This document shows positions 19,472 to 24,000 of a DNA stretch of 24,000 bases, piece after piece. Position 1 is the first letter of the stretch, and each line of letters begins with the position of its first letter. The notes below the pieces were generated by a model that saw only the letters and a list, made by a program, of their open reading frames with translations, ran no database searches and had not been told where the DNA came from. The DNA is from Methanobacterium alkalithermotolerans (lineage in GTDB: Archaea; Methanobacteriota; Methanobacteria; Methanobacteriales; Methanobacteriaceae), in contig NZ_CP058560.1 of NCBI RefSeq assembly GCF_018141185.1, positions 903,447-927,446 on the forward strand, written 5' to 3'. The position numbers and the translations under genes are program-made.

Positions 19472-20677
19472 TTGATTCTGAATATAAGAGTTGATCACAA
19501 AATCGCTGATATTAATACTATGGAAAATTCTACTGCTACCTTAGAAGACCTTATTCAGGATTTAAGTAAAAAGTATGAAGTTCAGGAATCTATCTCCCTC
19601 AATACCTGCAACCGGGCGGAATATTACCTGGTACTTAATGAACTTAAAGATGTAGATATGGACTGGAATGGTTATGAAAGTAATTTTATAATAGAAAAAG
19701 ACGAAAAAGCCCTTAAACATCTTTTAAAATTGGCTTCTGGTTTGGAATCAATGATTATTGGGGAAGATCAGATACTGGGCCAGATAAAAGATGCAAAAAA
19801 AGCAGGTTTGAAGGATGGAAGTTGTGGAACCGTCCTGGATTGCGTTTTCAACAAGGCCATCCATGTAGGTCAGTCTGTTCGACATAAAACAAATATAAAT
19901 AGGGGTTTTGTTTCTATTGGATCTGCTGCTGTTGAGCTGGCAGAATCTATACACGGAGATTTAAAGTGTAAAAAGGTTCTGGTAGTTGGTGCCGGTAAAA
20001 TGGGAACTCTCGTGGCTAAAGCGCTGGTTGAAAAACATTTAAAAGCCATAGTTGTTTCTAATAGGACTTATGATCGTGCTGTAAAATTAGCTAAAGAATT
20101 AGGTGGCTATGCCATTCATTTTGACCGTTTTATGGAAGCTATGTCCGATGCAGATGTGATTATTAGTGCCACCGGTGCCCCCCATCCCATATTGACTTAT
20201 GATAAGGTAAAAAAAGCAGTTCCTCCTCATAGAAGAAACTCGCTGGTAATGGTGGATATAGCAAATCCCCGAGATATTGAAGATAGAGTAATGGAATTAG
20301 GAGTTAAGGTATTTAATATTGATGACTTACGAGGTATCGCTAATAAAAATAAAAAATTACGTGAAAAAGAAGCTCTCCAAGCAGAAAAAATTGTAGAAGA
20401 AGAGTTAGATCTTCTTTTAAATTCATTAAAGCATTTTAAAATTGAACCAGTCCTGCGGGATATTAGAAAGAAAATGGAAATAGTCAGAACTAAAGAAACC
20501 CAGAAAGCTTTGAAAAAGCTGGGAGACTTGCAGGGAAAAGAACATGTAGTGGATAATCTTACCAGATCAGTGGTGGATAAGATACTATATGATATGATCC
20601 TGAATCTTAAAAAAGCCGCAGAAGAAGAAGATGAATCTCTGATTGAAACTTGTAAACTTCTTTTTTCAGTCGAATAG
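19472..20677 (+). CDS. hemA: glutamyl-tRNA reductase
   Basis: TTG start with an AGGAGGGAAG Shine-Dalgarno. Catalytic NTCNRAEYY motif, GEDQILGQ, and the NADPH-binding [10 protein letters not shown]. Confidence 0.9.
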   Translation: MILNIRVDHKIADINTMENSTATLEDLIQDLSKKYEVQESISLNTCNRAEYYLVLNELKDVDMDWNGYESNFIIEKDEKALKHLLKLASGLESMIIGEDQILGQIKDAKKAGLKDGSCGTVLDCVFNKAIHVGQSVRHKTNINRGFVSIGSAAVELAESIHGDLKCKKVLVVGAGKMGTLVAKALVEKHLKAIVVSNRTYDRAVKLAKELGGYAIHFDRFMEAMSDADVIISATGAPHPILTYDKVKKAVPPHRRNSLVMVDIANPRDIEDRVMELGVKVFNIDDLRGIANKNKKLREKEALQAEKIVEEELDLLLNSLKHFKIEPVLRDIRKKMEIVRTKETQKALKKLGDLQGKEHVVDNLTRSVVDKILYDMILNLKKAAEEEDESLIETCKLLFSVE

Positions 20678-20694
20678 TTTTTTTATTTATTTTT

Positions 20695-21411
20695 TTAATA
20701 GCGATCCATTATACCTAAAAACCGGCTGGTTAAAATAGCCAGGTAAGGGGCAATTATTACGTCTATAATAGCACCTAAAGGATAATCAATGGAATGTGCC
20801 ACATCTTCCAGGAAAAAAGGTTCTAAAAGCCAGATAATTATCCCGGTTAAAATGCAGGTAATTACGAATTTTTGAATTTTGACTCTTTTTATTCTTAAGT
20901 AAATCTCTTTAAAATTAAAAGCAGATCTGAATCTTCCTTCATGGTGAGCCATATTAAGAATAGCTCCTTGAAATAATATGAAAAATATTAGGGATCCTGC
21001 AGTTAAAACCCAAAATAATAGTTCATTATTAGAAAATACTTCTACTGTCCAGTTTGAGGAGTCTGCTATTAAAAATATTAAAAAAAAGATTAGTGGAAAA
21101 GAAAGATAAATGGTAAATACCACTGAATCCTTTACACCATGTTGGAATAAATTTTTAAGGTTATTAAAATGGGGTAATTGATCATGGCCCTTCACTGAAA
21201 ACTCTATTATTCTAAAAATATATCCCGCCTGGATGAAAAATAAAATAATCCACACCAGAAATACCAACCAGATCCAATCTAAAAATGATTTTTCCAAAGA
21301 TAGCCTATCTAAAAAATCAGTTAGAACAAACAGTATCCCTAAAGATATGAATTTAGTCCAGTCTGAAGCAGCATATCTGCTGGAGTCTAAAAACATTTCT
21401 TTGATATTCAT
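20695..21411 (-). CDS. polytopic membrane protein, DUF4013-like
   Basis: 238-aa ORF with multiple transmembrane helices. The segment QAGYIFRIIEFSVKGHDQLPHFNNLKNLFQHGVKD matches my recollection of the DUF4013 core (GY..R.I......G.d.LP.F......F..G.K). Confidence 0.6.
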   Translation of the reverse strand: MNIKEMFLDSSRYAASDWTKFISLGILFVLTDFLDRLSLEKSFLDWIWLVFLVWIILFFIQAGYIFRIIEFSVKGHDQLPHFNNLKNLFQHGVKDSVVFTIYLSFPLIFFLIFLIADSSNWTVEVFSNNELLFWVLTAGSLIFFILFQGAILNMAHHEGRFRSAFNFKEIYLRIKRVKIQKFVITCILTGIIIWLLEPFFLEDVAHSIDYPLGAIIDVIIAPYLAILTSRFLGIMDRY

Positions 21412-21447
21412 GGATTTACCGCCATTTATAAGTTTGAATTAAATAGA

Positions 21448-22569
21448 CTAGGCAAACATGTTCTTGGGCTCATTCTTTTCTGTTTGATAATTTTTAAGGG
21501 CGTATTCAATATCTTCCCTGTCCACTGTAGATTTATCCTCAGAAATGGCCTTGTGCAGAGCGGTTTTAAGTAATTTTTCTTTAATATCTCTTCCTGACAT
21601 TCCTTTGGATGATTGGGCTAATTTAGTACGGGATACTTTTACCTCCAGAGGCATGGATTCAATATATTTTTCAATCATTTCCCTTCTTTCATTCTCATCT
21701 GGTAGTTTAAATTCAATTTCCTCTTCGAATCTACTCCGGATGGCATAGTCTAGAAGTGAAGGATTATTAGTAGCTCCAATGGTAACCACCCCCAGGTTAT
21801 CTTTAATTCCATCCATTTCAGTTAGAAGGGCATTAACAACTTCGGATACATCCCCTCTTAAAGACTGGAATTTACGATCAAGGGCAATAGCATCAATTTC
21901 ATCAATAAATATCACAGAGGGTGAAGTTTTTGAAGCCAGATCATATAAATCGTGTATTTGTCGAGATCCATCCCCCACATGATCTCCAATTAAACTGGTG
22001 GCCTTTATCAGGTATAGAGGAACTTTTAGTTCCCCTGATAGTGATTTAGCCAGCATGGTTTTACCTGTACCGGGAGTACCATAAAATAGCACATTCCGGG
22101 GGGCCCATCCCTTGAAGTGTTCCGGGTCCTTCAGGTACTTTTGTATAATCTTACATTTCAATTTAGCCTGTTTTTGGCCAATCACATCTTCCATTTTGAT
22201 GTCAGTTTCCATATTTTTAATTTCATTGATTTCCTGATTATCAATCAAAATAATAGATGTTGAGGAAGTGATTTTAGAGTTATCAGGATGGGCTTTTATT
22301 ACTTTAAAAGCAAAGTCGGGCAATATTTTTTGATCAAATAAAAATGAACCCTCCACTGCATTAAAGCCCTCCCATTGTTCCCGGGCATAAATTTCAAAAA
22401 GTTGTTTATCAAATACTTCTATTTTGGGAGTATCAATTAAATTACAGCTGAAAGGGTACCCTACGGGTTGTAAAACAACCACTTTAGATTCTTTCAAGGA
22501 ATCCCTGGAATTTATGGATGATTTATTTTCAATAATATGTGAATCATAAACTATATTGTTAAATTTCAC
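21448..22569 (-). CDS. classical-clade AAA ATPase (single AAA module, MJ1494-like) with an N-terminal domain of about 130 aa
   Basis: GTG start with a GGTGAT Shine-Dalgarno. Walker A GTPGTGKT, Walker B VIFIDEID, second region of homology [17 protein letters not shown]. The stop lies 36 nt upstream of the DUF4013-like gene on the same strand. Confidence 0.8.
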   Translation of the reverse strand: MKFNNIVYDSHIIENKSSINSRDSLKESKVVVLQPVGYPFSCNLIDTPKIEVFDKQLFEIYAREQWEGFNAVEGSFLFDQKILPDFAFKVIKAHPDNSKITSSTSIILIDNQEINEIKNMETDIKMEDVIGQKQAKLKCKIIQKYLKDPEHFKGWAPRNVLFYGTPGTGKTMLAKSLSGELKVPLYLIKATSLIGDHVGDGSRQIHDLYDLASKTSPSVIFIDEIDAIALDRKFQSLRGDVSEVVNALLTEMDGIKDNLGVVTIGATNNPSLLDYAIRSRFEEEIEFKLPDENERREMIEKYIESMPLEVKVSRTKLAQSSKGMSGRDIKEKLLKTALHKAISEDKSTVDREDIEYALKNYQTEKNEPKNMFA

Positions 22570-22725
22570 TGCATCACCTGAATTTAAAAAAAAGTTAAAA
22601 TATAATGATAATTGTTTTGTATTAAAGACATATATGCTTTTGGAAGACTATATATTTTTTCAAAAAGAGATTAGATTAATATCTTGAGGGGATATAAATT
22701 CCCATGAGGATTTAAAAATAATATT

Positions 22726-22857
22726 CAAAAGTTGAACCCGGGGCAGAAATAGATACATTTGGCTAAGGATTAGAGGTTGATACCCACCCCAGGACAACGA
22801 TTGATAGAAACCACGAAACATTGCAAACACGAAAAATGATAATTTCATGGTATAAAA
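22726..22857 (-). repeat. 132-nt repeated element, copy A (candidate structured RNA; orientation inferred)
   Basis: Identical at all 132 positions to 22924..23055 by manual alignment. The strand is inferred from G-U pairs in the predicted helices. Confidence 0.85.
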
Positions 22858-22923
22858 CAACCCCATAAACATCTAATCAATTCAAAATACTTAATTTTGA
22901 AAAGGCAAAAGCCTTAAATGAAA

Positions 22924-23055
22924 CAAAAGTTGAACCCGGGGCAGAAATAGATACATTTGGCTAAGGATTAGAGGTTGATACCCACCCCAGGACAACGATT
23001 GATAGAAACCACGAAACATTGCAAACACGAAAAATGATAATTTCATGGTATAAAA
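22924..23055 (-). repeat. 132-nt repeated element, copy B
   Basis: Identical to copy A, at a 198-nt period. On the minus strand it is followed by the hairpin AAGGC-UUUU-GCCUU (22902..22915) and U-rich sequence. Confidence 0.85.
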
Positions 23056-23119
23056 TTCTTTATTTGACACTGCATTTTGAAATTTTATTTTTCATTAATA
23101 CATAGATTAATAGCATGAA

Positions 23120-23210
23120 CAAAAGTTGAACCCGGGGCAGAAATGGATACATTTGGTTAGGATTAGAGGTTGATACCCACCCCAGGACAACGATTGATGG
23201 AAACCATGAA
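23120..23210 (-). repeat. diverged or truncated third copy of the element (core of about 91 nt)
   Basis: Matches the first 92 nt or so (plus-strand reading) of copies A and B, with 4 substitutions (23145, 23157, 23199, 23207) and a 1-nt deletion. It is unrelated beyond about 23210. Confidence 0.8.
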
Positions 23211-23294
23211 TCAGCAAAAAATCCCTGGATAAGAAGGTTTTTTGGCAGAAGAACATTAACCAGGGTTTTGCTAGATTGGATGAAAAGTAGATTT

Positions 23295-23419
23295 TTTAGG
23301 TATGCCTAAAAACTCTATAGTTTAATGTGGATGTTTCCCATATATAAAGTTTAGGTATGCCTAAAACTACTTAATTAGAGGTAGGCTTTTCTAGTATATA
23401 AAAGTTTAGGTGTGCCTAA
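23295..23419. repeat. three copies at 55-bp period of the palindrome TTTAGGT(A/G)TGCCTAA(A), each adjoining a TATATAAA(A) box
   Basis: Palindromes lie at 23295..23310, 23350..23365 and 23405..23419. TATA-like boxes lie at 23340..23348 and 23395..23403. The inter-palindrome segments are weakly similar to each other (degenerate 55-bp tandem repeat). Confidence 0.8.
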
Positions 23420-23422
23420 TTT

Positions 23423-24000
23423 TTATTTCATATTATCAAAACAATTTTTAAGTCGCAGTGCATCCTGATCAATTAAAGGAGTCTCACAGATGATGGTTGA
23501 ATTCCAACCACTCTCTTTTAAAACTTCAAGTAATGGCTTTACCGGAGGTCCATATTCTTTTTCAGAGAGAATATGGTGTTTTTTTTCACCTGAATCGCCA
23601 AATTCAATGCGGGTAAAATGGCAGTGCAGATGATCTATATCCAGTTCATTGTCCAGTATATCTAAAATTTGATGATAGTCCTCTCTAGATTTAATTTTCC
23701 CACCACTCCGGGCATATAAATGTGCAAAATCAATAGTAGGCTGGAATTTATCCAGGGACTGACAAATATCAATAATTTCTTCTAAGGTACCTAACTGAGA
23801 TTTTTTTCCAGTGGTTTCCGGGGCAAAAGTGAAATTTTTTATTCCTTCTGCATCCAGTTTTTCAAGTACTGTTTCTAAAGATTCCTTACATTTTTTAAGG
23901 GCTTCTTCAGGAGTATATTTGGTATAAAATCCTGGATGGAAAACAATACGATAAGCTCCCATCCATTCTGCTGCCCGGGCAGACTGGACTAGTCTTTCAA
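23423..24000 (-). CDS. endonuclease IV / AP endonuclease family 2-like TIM-barrel protein, 5' end outside the window
   Basis: The reading frame stays open upstream of the track's Met through the window edge (..[16 protein letters not shown]..). Segments align with E. coli Nfo landmarks: VFHPG (NFHPG), APETTGK (VIENTAG), TIDFAHLYA (CIDTCHAFA), HCHF..GEKKHH (HLND..DRHH), IICETP (LILET). Confidence 0.65.
   Translation of the reverse strand, partial: ERLVQSARAAEWMGAYRIVFHPGFYTKYTPEEALKKCKESLETVLEKLDAEGIKNFTFAPETTGKKSQLGTLEEIIDICQSLDKFQPTIDFAHLYARSGGKIKSREDYHQILDILDNELDIDHLHCHFTRIEFGDSGEKKHHILSEKEYGPPVKPLLEVLKESGWNSTIICETPLIDQDALRLKNCFDNMK

Noticed and set aside
22726-22745. tRNA fragment or integration att site, suggested by the minus-strand CCCCGGGTTCAAC resembling a T-arm.
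   Set aside because: No complementary T-stem return strand follows the TTCAA loop. No acceptor, D or anticodon arms can be drawn. No integrase gene is nearby.
22660-22872. 70-aa minus-strand ORF from the track, plus a 51-aa sibling at 22891..23046, as a tandem small hydrophobic protein family.
   Set aside because: The perfect repeat begins only 9 nt upstream of the shared ATG, with no Shine-Dalgarno. It ends mid-ORF after 41 identical codons, so the two ORFs have unrelated C-termini. The third copy is frameshifted and lacks the start. Zero synonymous differences alongside unrelated flanks fits an RNA or DNA element better. This is not fully excluded.
22726-23210. Replication origin with ORB-like repeats (GTTGAA followed by GGGG), or a DGR template/variable repeat pair.
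   Set aside because: No orc1/cdc6 gene is adjacent; the neighbouring ATPase is a classical AAA protein, not Cdc6. The resemblance to ORB consensus is limited to a hexamer recalled from memory. For a DGR there is no reverse transcriptase, the differences between copies are not adenine-specific, and no target gene contains a copy.
23295-23419. Possible miniature or degenerate CRISPR array (regularly spaced palindromic repeats).
   Set aside because: There are only three units. The conserved core is about 16-25 nt and the period is 55 bp, which is short for repeat plus spacer. The spacers are weakly similar to one another, as in a tandem duplication. No cas genes or leader lie within the window.

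Overview
AT-rich chromosomal window from a methanogenic euryarchaeon. The gene content and order look like Methanobacteriaceae (pseudomurein-walled rods). This is inferred from atwA, cofD/cofE, GTP cyclohydrolase III, archaeal purO, archaetidylserine pssA/psd and an archaeal MreB; no database search was run. The window is densely coding, with about 24 genes. On the minus strand, right to left: psd, then pssA, a Lys-rich membrane protein, a secreted beta-sandwich protein with a C-terminal anchor and a sortase homologue, then a small possibly MptD-like protein, then a korD-korA-korB 2-oxoacid:ferredoxin oxidoreductase operon. On the plus strand from 8.2 kb: an unknown protein translationally coupled to mreB, then rnhB, an ExbB/ExbD-like pair, purO, cofE, cofD, gch3, a NifR3-like TIM barrel, atwA, a duplicated Cys-rich protein with a UBA-like tail, a precorrin-2 dehydrogenase and hemA. 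These are followed by a minus-strand AAA ATPase plus DUF4013 membrane-protein pair and a truncated endonuclease IV-like gene at the right edge. The most unusual part is the roughly 850-nt non-coding stretch at 22570..23422. It holds three tandem copies of a 132-nt element, two of them 100% identical, whose predicted helices only work on the minus strand. It also holds a 55-bp-periodic array of a TTTAGG-N4-CCTAAA palindrome fused to TATA-like boxes. The second focus is the sortase and candidate-substrate envelope module, which is overlap-coupled to pssA. All functional calls rest on motifs read by eye and remembered family signatures, and need HMM or BLAST confirmation.
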